Source of the DNA: Callorhinchus milii
Taxonomy: Eukaryota
Assembly (NCBI RefSeq): GCF_018977255.1
Contig: NW_024704743.1
Location: 17,114,001-17,178,000 of the forward strand
DNA: 64,000 nucleotides
Direction: 5' to 3'
Positions 1-14,557 of this stretch are shown piece after piece. The notes beneath the pieces are model-generated. The model was not told the DNA's origin, did not search any database, and saw only the letters and a list, made by a program, of their open reading frames with translations. The translations under genes were made by a program, and so were the position numbers. Position 1 is the stretch's first letter, and the number at the start of each line of letters is the position of its first letter.

Positions 1-890
1 GCATGTAAGATTATATTTGTTTTCATTCCTTGAATGGAGTTCACCCTACAAGTATAATGTCAGTCCCTGACCCATGCTTGGAAATCATCTTCTTTTGTTG
101 TCATTCCATTAAAGAACTGAGAAATCTAGAATGAGTTGTTAAAGCCTGGAGGAAGATCACATGGCCCTCAAGGCTGCAATGAAGGCCTTAAAGGGACTAT
201 GTGTTGAAATGTTTGCATTTAGTCACTTGTCTCATTTGTTTGGGGAAGACTGATGACATTCACAATGAGAGAGATTGTGACATTGTTGAGGTTGGATCGA
301 GGGAATCATTCAAAATGGAACTGGATTACCAGCCAAGAAGCTGGTTTTCATTGAAAAGGAACACAGGCAGGAGTTATCAAACCTGCAGATTATCAATTTC
401 TGTCACTGTCTCTTGGGTCACATTTGTAGAGAATGGCTGATTGAAAGAAATGGAAAGCTGAACAATACGCTCAATTCTGGTAATATTATGATCATTTTAT
501 AAAATTACTGAAAAAGCAGAATGAAATCTTGAAGTCAGCAGCATAACGATATTTACCGTATAGGAAGTATGTACAGGACAACACCAGTAAACAAGAGTTT
601 ACTTCACGAAATGCCTTTTCGGTTGCAAAATACCAAGAAAGTGGTGGTTGACATTCGAAAGCTGGAAACCGCAATAGTGCCAAAGAAGAAAATGACACTG
701 CTGGAAATACCTAAGTGACAGTAACAAACCAAACAAACAGGGACCCGCTTGCAGTCCTCACAAAATTAATAATTAACAAAATGACCATAAGGGTACGAAA
801 ACAGAATGATCTAACATTGCTGTTGTAAGATGTTATATATGTATGACTATATTTCAAGTGGTCCGTTTACAGAACAAAACATTCAGATAC

Positions 891-1062
891 CTTTCGTTTT
901 TGGGGCATCGATTAGGAGTGCAAGGGGCTTTGGAGGCACAAGATCCAAATTCAAACTGATTGTCTTGGAGTCCAACGCATCGGGCAATGCAGGCACTTGG
1001 GTAGGTGCGGCCATTAAGGGCACAGACTGGTACAAATTGGTCAGCACAGTTACAGGGAAGTC
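891..1062 (-). CDS. RECK: RECK coding exon 16 (LPCNCADQFVPVCALNGRTYPSACIARC...CPKNER), Kazal-like motif 1
   Basis: 172 nt; tcgcag acceptor and gtatct donor; ORF 854..1090. Confidence 0.97.
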
Positions 1063-1679
1063 CTGCGAAAATATTTATGAACAAATACAATTTTCTCAGT
1101 GAACATTTTTTCCTTCAGTTATCTTGATACACATTAACTTATTTCCCCACTTAAAAGAATCAGTTATTACATCCATCAGAGGTGCGGGTTTATCTCAACT
1201 AGAAAAGGTATTGATGTCTGAAGAGCTGGACTTGATCACTTACAATTGACAGACTGCACAGTAGCCCCACAGCTAAGGCCTGAGGACATTTCTAAATAGG
1301 GAGAGCTTGCCATGTACTCGCTCTCTTTTCTGCCCTTGTTGGGAGATGACGGGGGATTCAATAACTTGCCTTGAGTAACTTGGTTGAAGCAAAGGGTTAT
1401 TTCAACTCGAGCTTCACAAAACCTCTCCTTGTTCCTGACAGTGCCTTGAGAAGCTATCATAACTCAATATAAGGGGACAGGCTTTCAATGATTGTGGGCC
1501 ATACACTAGACCTTAAGGGTGGGGAAGAAGAGCTCCCAACATGATAAAAATCACTAGAGTATAAAACGCTCTGGTTAAACTACCTGAGATATTATTTTGG
1601 AGGGAAGGCTTTGACATACATGAACATGGACAATACCCAATGTAACCAGTGATAGAGCACTTCATACAACCATGAAATA

Positions 1680-2165
1680 TCAGAATCGAGTTGATTTTCT
1701 GTGGGAGGATCAGAGACAGACAGGTCTGCATGATGTGAAGGGATTGCTTATGACAGGTCATCAGCTAAGGCCTTTTGATGGACTTTGAGGTGCAGAACAG
1801 TGACTAGGTCAGGGATTCTTCCCGTTAACCCTGCAAGATTAAGCCCTAACAGGTAGCTTGATCCTGACTGGTAAAGTAGCAGGAAGTATGGCAAACAGTG
1901 CTCTCAATGGCAAGGTATGGACTTAGCTGATTAAACCCCAGCAGTTCCTCACCACACATTCTGGGGTCCCCAAGCCTTGGCTCTTGCCAATGTGCACCCA
2001 ACACTTTCCAGAATTAGGTAAGCATTGTGAATCTCTCCAGGGATAGTGCGTGCAGTCACAGGGAAATGTGTAGATGGCATACATATGTGGCACTCTGTCT
2101 GGTTTGGATACTCTTAAGCATTGTGATGTGTTTTCCAAGGTCTCAGACACCCGGATGACCAATGA
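1680..2165 (+). repeat. Unclassified interspersed repeat, copy 1
   Basis: Homologous to 36210-36715, 41530-41755 and 45440-45600 (+), and to 30575-30750 and 55370-55545 (-). Confidence 0.75.
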
Positions 2166-2340
2166 AACGTTCCTGGAGAACCATTCCTGGTAGGTGCTAA
2201 AGCTAAATGCATAGAGTATTTCAACATTAATTTTCCAGCTATAAAATAAAATAATTATTTATAGAAAGCCCAAAAACTATCAGAAAATCTTTTTATTTCT
2301 GGATTAACTTGTGGCAGCGAATTAAATGCAACAGGCTGAC

Positions 2341-2463
2341 CTGTGAACATGTTCCGATCCTCTGGAGAACTGTATTCACTTAAACACTGGCGGCTTGAAC
2401 AGCTCAGGTCCCCAGCAAAACATGAACACGTGTTACAATCCACTCTAAAAGACGTTCCATGAT
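2341..2463 (-). CDS. RECK: RECK coding exon 15 (NHGTSFRVDCNTCSCFAG...RNMFTG)
   Basis: 123 nt; taccag acceptor and gtcagc donor. Confidence 0.97.
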
Positions 2464-2824
2464 CTGGTAAGAGAAAAGAGAGAAACTGTGCTATTCTAAG
2501 CCAGAGATAGTTTGACTACACAACTAAGAATATGCAATAAACTTCAATAACAATAATCACATTTTTTTGCTCCTTTCACTTTCACAGTTGAGCTGAAATC
2601 ATGCAATATGAATTATGCTTACTTTAAAGTTACAGTTAAAAGTAGTAGCACTTCAGCCATAGTTTTAAAAAACAAATTTTTGAATTTTTCTTATCTAGCT
2701 GCAAATAGTATTGATACAATAATAATTCTGGTTCTGGATCATTCTCAGTACTCAGTATTTTAGTGCCTTTACTAGCATCCTGCAATATTTATGAATAACA
2801 TGATAAATAAGATAGAGTGCTTAC

Positions 2825-3013
2825 TTTTTCTTTGACCACCTACAATGCAGGTTTTTTGTACATCAATACAGGGCATTTCCATGCAAGTCTCCAGCCGTCC
2901 ACTTGGTCCACAAGTGCACACTTTATAACAACCCATTTCTCCACTTGTCACAGGAAGCTGAATGCGGTTACCCAGGCGAACAAGGAAGTCTGAAGCCTCT
3001 CCTAACTTGCACC
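2825..3013 (-). CDS. RECK: RECK coding exon 14 (CKLGEASDFLVR...CIVGGQRK)
   Basis: 189 nt; cttcag acceptor and gtaagc donor; ORF 2772..3050. Confidence 0.97.
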
Positions 3014-5747
3014 CTGAAGTGAATAAAATGCATTTTTGTTTAGTAACCAATAGGTTTCGGGTTTTCCGTATACAGATTTTTGCACGAATGTGACGCTAAG
3101 AGAACAGTCATCTCCAATTTAAAGTAAACAATGCTGTGCTCGTGTATAGTTTTTAAATTATAAAAAGACCAGCTTACGAGAACATCCCTATATTCTTACT
3201 CTGTATCCTTATATTCTGATCTACTGCTCATCAATAACCTATTTTGTACTGTGGCCCCTAATATTATTCCTCATCTCACATTCAATGCTTCCGTTTCCAT
3301 TGTAGCATTGCCAAGTGTTGCCATTTTTTAAGAGATGTCCCACGTGGTGTTTCTAAAACCTGCAATGGAGTAGGAGGGCTGGGATCACAATACGCACCAT
3401 TTTCTCTGTTTTCTTTAAGGACTCTGATTTGTATCAAATCTCATCAAACTCTTTATGAATAGTACTGTCACTTTAGTGTCCACTTGGCAACCAGCAAAGC
3501 GGGTCTGTAGTACATTTACAGTAGGTTTACAATGACCATGGATTTTCAGTACTGACTAAGTGCTGCATTTGAACTGCGCTTTTCAATTCGTGAGCCTTCG
3601 ATAACTCAGCTAGTAGATTGTCAGATGTAGGGAAGCAAAACAAACAACTACCATTGTCAAAGTGCAGCACCAACAGGGATCAAGATAACACTTAGGCCAG
3701 ATCATCAAGAAATCTTGATTGTAACCAATAATCAAGACATTGTTTTTAGAAAAAAAATTCACCAAAGGTCAATGACCACCTGGATTTCTCTGTGTGATCT
3801 AATATCACTAAATACTTTGCACTATTCCAGTGAGCCATTACTGTTGGTATTGCACTATTTAGGTAATAATTTGCTGTCATTGTATGAACTTGACCTTATT
3901 GGTACGCTCTCATCTATTAGTCAGAAGATTGTGATTCAAGCCCTGTATTTCGTCCACAAAATACAGTTAATCCACTTTATAATATATTCTGTGAAGCGTT
4001 TTGAGACATTTGAACAACATGACTCAGACCTAAATCAAATGCAAAGATTATTATTATCATTATGTACTCAAACCCTTGTTCCTCAAACATTTAAATTTTC
4101 GGGTATCATCTTTTACATTAGGAATGATGCCTAAAATGTTATCATATTTGAGCAAAATCTTTCATATCTAGGATAATCACAAAATTTGTTTGGATGGCCC
4201 TTGAGCCCATCTGATCTTATCCTTTCAGAACACCCAGCCTACCATTCTCCAATCAATGCATCAAGCTGTTTTATTTTTAAACAAGTCCAGTGTCGTGGGC
4301 TCAACTACCTTTCCTGGCAATCTATTCCAGTCATTAACTACCCTCTGGGTAAAGAAAAACCTGAAATTGCCCTTTGCAAATCCATGTCCTTTTGTTCTAC
4401 TGTCTTGGTGCATCTTAAAGTATTGTTCTGGGTCTACTTTTTCAATACCATTTAAAATGTTGTATACCTGTGAACACCCTAACTTTTTTTTCCTCTTTGA
4501 GATGCCAATTGACCTGAACTAATGTTAAGGCTAGTACAGAGCACAGTACCAAACTTTTTCATCAGTTTGAACAACTCCATCCTAACAATAAAACCACATT
4601 ACATCACTCCTTGTAGCTGTTCCTACCAAGACTGCTGAGTAAGCCTCATGAATAATGGCTGAAGTGGTTACCCCTGGTTCCAGAACAGTTAAGTACTAAC
4701 ACAATTTATTCTACAGCTGATCTGGTGATGTTAAGAATCAAATAAACATGTGATGGATTTCCTGAACATTTTGCAAAAAAAGTAACCTAATGTCGAGATT
4801 GATGAATGACTTTGTATGCATGGAATATAAATATTGTCAACACAGCAAAAGACCCACCTCTCCCTTCCTTAAAGAAGAAAAGGAAACTGCACTGTAGCAC
4901 CATTATTTCCTAAATTAAATGAAACTTGGGTTAAATTTTCAGCAAAAAGTGAATCATGCAGTAATTTGCGTGCCAAACAACACAAGGCTGCCAACTAGTA
5001 GAGGAAGAAGGTTATTAGTCTCATGGCTGAAATAAAAACAAGAATAGCAACCTTTACAGTAAGAAAGTGCAGGCAACAGGAAATTGTAAACTGCAATAAG
5101 TTTAATTAAAACAAGTTGATGCCAGAGCAGAATTCTAGAATTAACACCCATATAAATTGTTTTATTTTCATGAATCTGGATTGCCAACAAATGAACACAG
5201 CCACAACCATGAAATAAGCACGAACAACAATTACACACATTCTCAAGGGGGCACAAGCAAGACTGAGTAAATAGGAATTGCAAATGGTCAAAATGGCCAG
5301 GTTGTCACAACACTGAAGCCAATCTAATATTTTTCATTTTGCATTATAAAGGCATTTTGAAACGTGCTAACAAGAGAGAAACCTTTGCCTAGTTAGGCCA
5401 GCCCCATCAAGATCCAAGATAAATGTAGGCTCAATGCTCAGGATGAGAAGGACCAAGCTTCCACTCCTCTATCGCTTAGTGCTGTAGCTAAAATGCCTTT
5501 AATTCACTCTTCAATCAATAATATGTCAGCACCTGGGTCTGCATGGAGTCAGCAAGATGACTGCTGAATCCTGTATACAGGTCTTATAAATGATCCTGGA
5601 TAAGATAAAAAGGCCAGGAAGGCATAAAGGAACTTCCCCTTCCAAGAGGTTGATGGCTGTTAACTGATCGACAGTGGAGGAAAAAGAAACTAAGTATGGG
5701 AAAAGTTAACTTGGTCTATAAACCTGGTTTATAAACACGATTTAGAA

Positions 5748-6110
5748 GATAATAATAATCCTTGCATTTGATATAGCACTTTTCACGTCTTCTAGACATC
5801 TCAAAGAGCTTCACAGAATATACTGTTAAGTGAATTGACTGTATATTTTGTGGGCGAAATGCATCAGCCAATTGCATACAGCAGTGTCCTGCAAACAGTC
5901 GTGGATTGAGTGACCAAATTATTATTTTTTTTGAAGGATTATTATCCCCGGAAAAGCGATCCACCAATCAACTAACAACCGGGTTCCTACTTACTGCTAG
6001 GTAAACAGGTGTGTGGAGTAAGGAAACTTGTCCAACATTTCGCCCTATCGGGAATAGAATCCAGGACTCTCGCTTGCGAGGCGAGTGCTCTAACCATTGA
6101 ACTATCAAGA
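5748..6110 (-). mobile_element. tRNA-derived SINE, longer and older subfamily
   Basis: Same head and tail plus an internal segment TGTTTACCTAGCAGTAAGTAGGAACCCGG. Confidence 0.85.
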
Positions 6111-6762
6111 TATGATATAGGGAAGTACCCCCATGAAATTTCCAACAGCTTGAATCTAGTGTTACCTAATCTTGCAATGTATGGAGAATGTAGGAATGAA
6201 GAACCCTACTCTTCCAGGAGACTAAGTGAGTTCAATGCTATGGCTTAACTGGCTTCACGCCTGCAACAAAATCTTCAGCAAATGCACACCTGGAACACGA
6301 CCGTCATATTTTTCTGGGTAGTTAATAATAATCCTTGCATTTGATATAGCACCAATCACAGTGGTTGGCCAATCCAGCTAACTCAGCAAGTACACAATCT
6401 CAGTGTTCTGCTTGAACCTCAGCTTTGTTTCAAACCTTACATTAAAACCCCGAGAAGCTGTCAGTAACCCAAAGGTACTGAGTGCTCTGTTCCAGTAACT
6501 TGTAGTATCAAAACTATTTGGAACCTGCTAACACCAAAGTTATGATAGAGTTGAAGTCAACTGATGCACCCAGTTGAGCATCATCTGAATCTTGACTATA
6601 CACAGAATCCAGATCAAAGATTGGTTATACAATGTTACCCGTCACACCAGCTCCTTTCATGACAATGGGTTATAGAAAAAGATTGAGCAAGGGTAGCCTT
6701 GGCACAGCATTTAAGCCACTCCTGCTGAGCTACTCTTGATGTTTTTATGCAATTCTTACACT

Positions 6763-7055
6763 TAATAATAATCCTTGCATTCTATATAGCGCCTTATCAA
6801 GTCATTCAGACGCCTCAAAGCACTTCACAGGATATAAGTGAGTTGACTTTATTTTGTGGGTGAAATGCAGCAGTCAGTTGCGCGCAGCAATGTCCCACAA
6901 ACAGCTAAGGAGTGAGTGACCAATTTTATTTAGGGGATTATTGGCCAGGACACCAGGAGAATTCTCTTCTCTTTTCGAATAGTGCCATGGGATCTTTAAC
7001 ATTACTCTGAACAGGCAAACAGACCTTGGTTTAATATCTCATCCGAAGGATGAGT
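6763..7055 (-). mobile_element. Deu-domain SINE, 3' part
   Basis: gaatagtgccatgggatctttaac...ggtttaatatctcatccgaagga is the reverse complement of the Deu core; related copies at about 14075-14255 (-), 28980-29275 (+) and 58810-59130 (-). Confidence 0.7.
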
Positions 7056-8060
7056 TATTCAAAAAGCAGCATGTCCAACATTTAAATGTGGTACTCGAGA
7101 CCAGATGTGTATTCAATAATATGGGTTTTGACAAAAAAGCGTTAACCAGCCCACATCCTGACAAAAATAATAAACTGCACTCTGAAATTCAAACTTTGGA
7201 AATTGGAAGCAGATTTGGAAAAATGCAAAGAGCTACAATTTTTGCAAATGCTTAAATTGCTACAAGGTAAACAAAACAAATTCTAAGTGAATAATATACT
7301 GCATGAAGGTGAAAAAGACAATATTTTTAAAGATTAAGAACAGAGAGACTGCTTCGGACATCAATAACTGAGGTTAATCTCGTGTGAAGCCTATTATACA
7401 GAATGCATGCCATCTCAGAATTACTTACAGCTAAAATTCTGAAAAGGAATACTTTTCTGTCATAGTCTCTTCAGATAGCAGCCATATGTGTGTGTATACT
7501 TGTGTATGCGCATTATTCAGTTTTAGATGTAGCAGTCATTGTTCTTCAAAGTTGGATGCCACGTACATTAAAATTGCCTGCATTCCTTCAAAGGACTGAG
7601 TGCATCCTTCTGAGAGGCAAATGTAATAAATAGAGACAAGAAAGACTACACAATGTTCCTGTGTATATGTTTTCTGGGATATTTATTGCACTGACTTTTC
7701 CTATTGCATATTTTTACTTTCCTCGGATTATGTGCCTAATTATTCAAAGAGCAATTCTACATTCATGAAAGGTGAGCAAATAATTTATCTTTTCTAATTA
7801 CTGTAGGTTAACATTGCAGCAATGTCTTTTGCTACAATGTAGATAATCAGTTGATGTCCAGGAGAGGCAAACCTGATCATGAAGATGGCCAGCAAAGGCA
7901 AGTGTTGAAGATGGTTAAGAAGCTTGTCTGCAGGCTCTTATTAGGTGAATGAAAACATTTGTATACAACTGTGTTCAATAATGTTTCACATATATAAATA
8001 TATAAATAGAAAGCAAAGTCAAGAAAGACACCAGAAATGTGTTTGCAACTTGCTCCTCAC

Positions 8061-8201
8061 CTTGCACACATAGAAAAGGAAGGCATTCCTGTCCTGCCAG
8101 ACAACCTTTTCGATTAACTTCACACACCTGGTTATTTGCACAGGGATTGGGATTGCAAGGATGGATTACCTCTTCAATAATGCTGTCCAAAGGACTTGGG
8201 G
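8061..8201 (-). CDS. RECK: RECK coding exon 13 (APSPLDSIIEEVIHPCNPNPC...CVQG)
   Basis: 141 nt; ccacag acceptor and gtgagg donor; ORF 7975..8268. Confidence 0.97.
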
Positions 8202-8635
8202 CTGTGGAGATATGCAATAGTGAATCAACATGATACATCTGTGAAAAACTGTTCATTTTACTTAACATTATATGGAAAACCTTCCAATCAGTAATTATTT
8301 CTCAAAAGTAGCATACATTTATCTCACTAAAACACCTGCTCCAATTAAAAAAATATTCATTTCAGAGTTGTTTTTGAGCAAGATTCTGAATTAATGGATT
8401 ATTGAATTAAATCATGAATATTATACAGTTAATTGAAAGCAAATTGTAAGTAATTCATACAATAATTATTAGTCATTACAATTGCTTTCATTAAATTCAA
8501 TGAAATTCCCTCCTACATAATGTTACATTCAAAACCCAATAGCTTGCTTGCTTCAGGTGTATTTAAACCTGCATAAAATGTTGACAGTTTGATGTGCAAT
8601 AATTTTGCCACAGAAAAAAATGACAGTATACATAC

Positions 8636-8772
8636 CAAGATACTTTGATAGTGGAATGCAGTACTCAGAATCATCACTAGGTGACAAAAGATCGCAGATG
8701 GTTTCTGCTGTCTGTTCATCTGGAAATTTACTGTGATCCCCACAATTCCTAAGAATGTCCAAACAGTCTGAC
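8636..8772 (-). CDS. RECK: RECK coding exon 12 (SDCLDILRNCGDHSKFP...CIPLSKYL)
   Basis: 137 nt; ttcaaag acceptor and gtatgt donor; ORF 8553..8816. Confidence 0.96.
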
Positions 8773-10324
8773 CTTTGAAATAGATTGTTGTAACAAGAAT
8801 GAACATGAACATCCACGAATGATTAAATTAGGTTCTACTAAAATAGCGGTAAAAAGGCAATCAAATTCCAATATGTAATTGCATCCAAAAGAGTGGATAA
8901 ATAAAGATATAAAGGAGCAATATAACGGATGGGAGTGAATTACTGAATTGATGGAAAGGTTCAGAAACGACATCAGAGCCATGGAAATGGTACTGAGGAA
9001 GGTTCATAGATTGTACTAGGCATGAGGTGTTAAGTTAGGAGAATAAGGTCCGTTTCTGAACAGGTTAAGAAAGGATCTAATAGAGGCCTTCAACATTCTG
9101 AATGGTTTTGAAAATGTAATTGCCAAAGTTTATTCTTAATAGCTGGTGAATCGGTAATAAGCAGTCATGTACTCAGCAATGTCACTGAAAGAGTTAAGGG
9201 AGGTTAGTAGAAACCTTCACACCATGGGACATCCTCCCGACGTGAAAGGTATTATAATGTAATTTTCTGTTGTTATTCACACAGAGGCCTATCAGAATAG
9301 AATGCTTTAGCAGAAGGGACTATTGAGGCCGAGACATAACATAACATTTGAAAGGGAATTTAATAATTATTTGAAGAGCACAGTAGAAAAGGATACAAAG
9401 AAAGAGCAGGGAATTGGGATTAGAGCATTTGGCTACAATGGATGAGTAGCACTAGTTTATACTTGATGGATGAAATTGCTCAAATTTCCATTGCCAGCAA
9501 ACATCAGTCACTGGGAAGGAACTGGTATATTCATTGAAATCTTTTAAAACTTTTATGGAATTACCCATTTTGAGAGGATGAGTATATCAGAACTGAACTG
9601 CCTGGAGTGGGCTTTATTGGATGAATATTGAAGTCCAATAAATTACTGAGTGAGAAAAATCAATGAAGACTGAGTGGAGGTCTGCAAGAGGATGTGGGTC
9701 AGAAAACAAAACTTGAACAACAGTTTTAACAAAGAAAAGGTTTATTTTGATAAGGAAGCTCTACTTTTTTTTAATATCAGTCTCCTCCAGACTTCCCTCC
9801 CTTCTCACTAGCCCCCAACTTTATACTGGTGCTCAATTAACACTTAGGGCTGATACCCAATTATCAAGCCTCATTCGAGTCCAGCAGTTGTGAGCTACTT
9901 TTACATGTAGTTAGAGTCAATAACCATAAAATACAGTGACAATCCCCTTGTCTCCACTTAGTGTGTTGTTGCTGTCGTCGTTGTCACAAGGTAAAATTTT
10001 ACATTGGAAAAAAATGGAAAATACAAATGACAGTGACTTTTAATGAAACAGAAGCCTTCCCTGCCCGGCCTGTGCTAACAGTCAAGACTGGTATTGGTGT
10101 GATGGCAAAAAAAAAAGCCAAGGGTGCTGTAATCATGAATCACAAGAATGTTTGTTGCTTTGCGATAGTCCCTTCTCTTTTCACTCTCCCATCCTACTAA
10201 CAATTATTATTGGAGGAATAACAACAATTGTTATTTGCATATGATGTTTGAACAAATGAGGAAGACATAAAGGAACATGTGCTATAGTTTGGAGGTGACT
10301 TACTATATGAAGCCTTAAACTTAC

Positions 10325-10537
10325 TTGCAGATGACACTTCCCCCAGACTTGCTGTGGCATGGCTTAATCTGTAGTGAGCAAGCAACTGCTTTCCACATTT
10401 CTGGTTGGCAGGTTTTGATATTCTGCACTGGGATATTCATAAATGGCATCTTGATTGTCCCTTTCTCCCAAAGTTTCATGTCATTCTTGGCTCCTTGGTC
10501 TGACTGAGCATTGCAACTTCGGAACAATTCTGTGGGT
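10325..10537 (-). CDS. RECK: RECK coding exon 11 (PTELFRSCNAQSDQGA...SVICK), FZ-CRD-like region
   Basis: 213 nt; tttag acceptor and gtaagt donor; ORF 10321..10683. Confidence 0.98.
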
Positions 10538-12169
10538 CTAAATAAGAACATTTCACTTGCAGTTTGCACAGAGAGGGAAAAATCTTTAACTTTCACCAAC
10601 AGTTCTTTCACTGACAAGTTACTCTCTACCACTACAATGCACTGACATTTACAGTAACACACAATAAAGATATACATGCACAAATTGCACCTGGCTTCCT
10701 TTATTTACATGAAGTGAATGGATTACTGCGTGGAAAACTCTTCATTCACTAGAGAATTCAATTCTTAAGTTCTCCTGCATGTAAAAGATGCTACATTTAG
10801 CACCTTTTTCTCTATATAAAGATAATCAACTAAAATCAAAATTGAAGCAGAACTGTTTTAAACAAAAAAGCATGACAATAAATGAACAATATTACAAATT
10901 ACTGGCCAGAATCATTTCTATACTTCGGGCTCTCGGTTTATGTCAACATCTGAGGCAAACTTCCAAATCACAACTCAAAACTGTTCCAAACTGAGAAAAG
11001 GAGCTATTTAACACTAGTGTATAAGCATCTAAATCAAAATTCACATGTGGTCAAATTGTCATGTGGTTATTTTCCCTCAGAGAGAGGGAAGGAGAAAGCT
11101 GGAGAGGAAGTGATAGAATAATAATGATTGTTATTCAAGCTGTGAAGCACTTTTGTTCAGTGCGTGTAAAAGGCTTAACTAACAGGTAGCTCCTTTTATG
11201 AAAGAGCTTCAAAACCCATGGAAATCAAGTGGGAGAAATATATATTTTTTAAAAAGTCATCCTTCAGTGGAAAAGGTTCCTTGGATTTGCATCTTCCTGA
11301 GTAGTGTTGATGTTAGTGATGAGATGCTAAGAGACAAATACCTAGCCAGTGAAGGTTTGATTTGGTACCAACTCACAACAGTTTGAGGTTTGTGCTTCAA
11401 GTGGCATTGAAGCAGAGTTAATGGAGGTAACACATCTACCTGGGAAAAGGTTAGGGACTGGAACACTCTGCCTTCTATGCCACTGTCAATATTTGACTAA
11501 TGAAGTCAAACTCATTGAATACTTGAATCTAAAGGAGTGGATAATTTGTGACCAATGCAGTGGAAATGAATGGGATAGGTAGGCCCCTTTACTGCTTTCT
11601 CGACAGTTGTGCACCCTTGTTGCAAATGCTCGCTGGTCTCAGCTTCATTCTGTTTCCAACCAGTGGGCTGTAGATTACTTTCTTGAACCAGGATGAGTTG
11701 AGCTTGGACGTTTTGAAGGATCTTTTCCAGAAATTAGTCAAATGTGCCAAGTTATTAATCCTTGTATGGAACACACTTGATATAACAGCAAAACAATGCA
11801 ACAATGACAAGCAACAGGACCAAGGACATGAATGCGTTACTGCGTTATTTGCTAGAAGAGTTTAAGTCAAATCCTCTCATCAACTACAGCTGGGAATCTG
11901 ACTCAGGCAAAACTAGACAGCAAAATGCTCAACATCTCTCTTGCAAACTTTGCCCTTTACCCTAACCCGAAAACATACTAAAACAATCAAACTAATTGAG
12001 AAGCATATGATGCAAACTTTATTTTGTACAAAAGACTAGAAACAATCTGTCAGAGAAGAAAACCCTGAAGATCTGCTCCAACCAGCCAGGGGGATGGGGA
12101 GGACATCTTCCAGCTTGTCTGAATGGTGACAATGCTTAACTATATGTGGAGGTTAAATAAAATCTGCAT

Positions 12170-12850
12170 CAAAACGTATGTACAACACCTTTCAAGTCGG
12201 GAGGACATCCCAAGGCGCTATACAAGTTGGACGTCGGGGTCAGGGAAGGTGGCCGAAGAGGAGGGTTTTGACAAGCGCCTTATAGGAGGCAAGGCAGGGA
12301 GCGAGGCGAAGAGAATGTGGGATGAAGTTCCATAGGGTGGGGCAGAAGAGCTGAAAGCCTATCCGCCGATGGTGGGGCAGGCCAGAGCTTGCTGAGCGGA
12401 GGGAGTGGAGAGGTTAATAAGGTTAGCAGGTTACAGAGGTAGGAAGGGGCAAGGACAAGGATATTAAACTCTATCCTCTGGGGGGTGGGGAGCCTGTGGA
12501 GCCGGGCAAGGGTGGGCTCACGGAGCCTGGTGTGGGACAGGACAGGAGCTGCAGAGTTCTGGATTATCTGCAGCTTGTGGAAGGAAGAGTTGGAAAGGCC
12601 GACAAGCAGGGAGTTGACGTAGTCGAGCCTAGATATGACGAATGCATGGATGAGGGGTGAGGCAGTGACGGAACCGGGCAATGTTTCAGAGGTGCGGGAA
12701 GCAGAGCGGATCATGGTACATAAGTGGGGTAGAAAGGACAGTTGAGAGTCAAACAAGATGCCAAGGTTCTGGAGTGGCTCAGTGAGGTAGAGTGTGCATC
12801 CTTGAATGGTAATGTTGACAGTGCTGAGGTGTGGAGGTGCTGACGGGTGC
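12170..12850 (-). mobile_element. L2 LINE 3' fragment
   Basis: ORF 12280..12891 with LIHAFVISRLDYVNSLL...KLQIIQNSAA, typical of the L2 ORF2 C-terminus. Confidence 0.85.
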
Positions 12851-13106
12851 CAACAGAAGGTTCCACAATGGATAAATTGGTATATTTTCACTTATTGTTA
12901 CTGTATTAGGTCATGTAAGGACTCAACAAATAGGTTGTAACATAATCTATACCATTATAATGCTTCAAGGTCCAATAGCCTTGAAAACGTTATTCCTTTA
13001 AGATCTTAACATTACCTCAGAAGACTAGGTCAAATTGTAATAAAACCACAAAAGCAGGACTTTTGTATATAAAGCTATGACATTTAAAGCAGAGAAAGAG
13101 TCTTAC

Positions 13107-13286
13107 CGGTTATTGAAGTTAGTACAGTATTTCAGACTCTGGCAACCCAGCTGGCATGGTTCTCTTACATCAGCCAAGCACATAAACATAGAGGCTTCCT
13201 GAGGGTTATATTCACAGATCCTGTCAAATTCTTGCCAGTGTGTTGCACTTCCCCACCTTGTGCTGTATAACTTAATACACAGATCC
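13107..13286 (-). CDS. RECK: RECK coding exon 10 (DLCIKLYSTRWGSATHWQEFDRICEYNP...CTNFNNR)
   Basis: 180 nt, hand-translated (absent from the ORF track); acag acceptor and gtaaga donor. Confidence 0.97.
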
Positions 13287-13392
13287 CTGTCAATGTAAGG
13301 ACATAGATTGTTTAAAATAGAGACAGGAGTTGCTTATCCTCAAAAAAAAGTACTAGTCTTGAGGTCAAAATACAAATTTGAATACAAATACA

Positions 13393-13670
13393 ATGGAGTC
13401 CTCTACTGTGAGAGGACCCGGGTTCGATTCCCGGGGCGAAACCTTAGGCAAGTTTCTTTATTCCACATGACTCTGTTTACCTAGCAGTAAGTAGCAACCA
13501 AGTTGGTCCCTCAGTCCAAGACTGTTTGTGGGACACAGCTGGGCGCAATTGGCTAAGCATCTCACCCACAAAATATACAGCCAATTCACTTTATGGTATA
13601 TTTTCTGGAGCACTATATGTCTCAACGACATGATAAGGCGCTTTATCAAATACAAGGATTATTATTTTTA
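13393..13670 (+). mobile_element. tRNA-derived SINE, longer subfamily, internally deleted
   Basis: tggagtcc head, gggttcgattcc B box, shared body and tail. Confidence 0.8.
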
Positions 13671-14298
13671 CAATATAATTATTAAATTTGTTACACATTT
13701 AAGCAATTCTCCACATGGTTGATTTACAGGCAAAGTTTGCAAAAATCAGTACAAAACTGAAGTAATCTAACACTTCCTTTCTTATTCCTTGATGGGGCTA
13801 TTTCATCATACATTGGATGGACATTTCTGTCTGCTACCATCCAGTAGTGATCGTTCCTCATCCTCATCATACAGGAGGATCTCATTCTAAACTAGGAGAA
13901 GCAGAGACCAAGCTAATGCCTGTTTCTGACTTGGAATGAAATGCTCTCCAGATATCTTATATATATTATATCTTCTATACTAATAAAACTACAATGTGTG
14001 TAGTGTATCAGCCAAGATCTCAATAACCGATTGACACAGAGACATGATTTATATCTCATCAGAAAGGTCTTGCCACGTGTGCACAGCAATGTCCCCAAGG
14101 ACTGAGTGACCAATTTTATTTGGGGGATTGTTGGCCAGGACACCGGGAGAAACTCCTTTCTCTTTTCAAATAGTGTCAAGAGATTTTTAATGTCCACCTG
14201 AACAGACTGATGGGACCTCCGGTTATCATCTCATCCAAAGGATGGTACTTCCTTACGGTTAAAAATAATCATTTGTACTTCATTTTAATTATACCCAC

Positions 14299-14557
14299 CT
14301 GCAGACAGATGTATTTGCTTTTGAACAACAGTGTAATTTAGCACCATCGACAGCTGTAGCTGGTAACCCATTTGAAGTGTTATTTGATCCGGAACTTTCT
14401 AGAAAGCACTGCCAGAGTGGATCCTGAGGCAGCGGCATTTTTTTACAACCTTCGATAAGTCCATCAACAATTTCATGCTCTGTTGCCATTGTCATCAGCA
14501 CTCTTCGGCACGTGCTTTGACAAGCATGGTCCTCTGCTCTGTCACAGCAATACAAGC
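14299..14557 (-). CDS. RECK: RECK coding exon 9 (LYCCDRAEDH...LPQDPLWQC...HCCSKANTSVCR), CK4 and start of CK5
   Basis: 259 nt; ctccag acceptor and gtgggt donor; ORF 14289..14555. Confidence 0.98.

Noticed and set aside
1..890. RECK exon 17
   Set aside because: No match to the expected CIPK..VCLT peptide; the exon must lie beyond the window start
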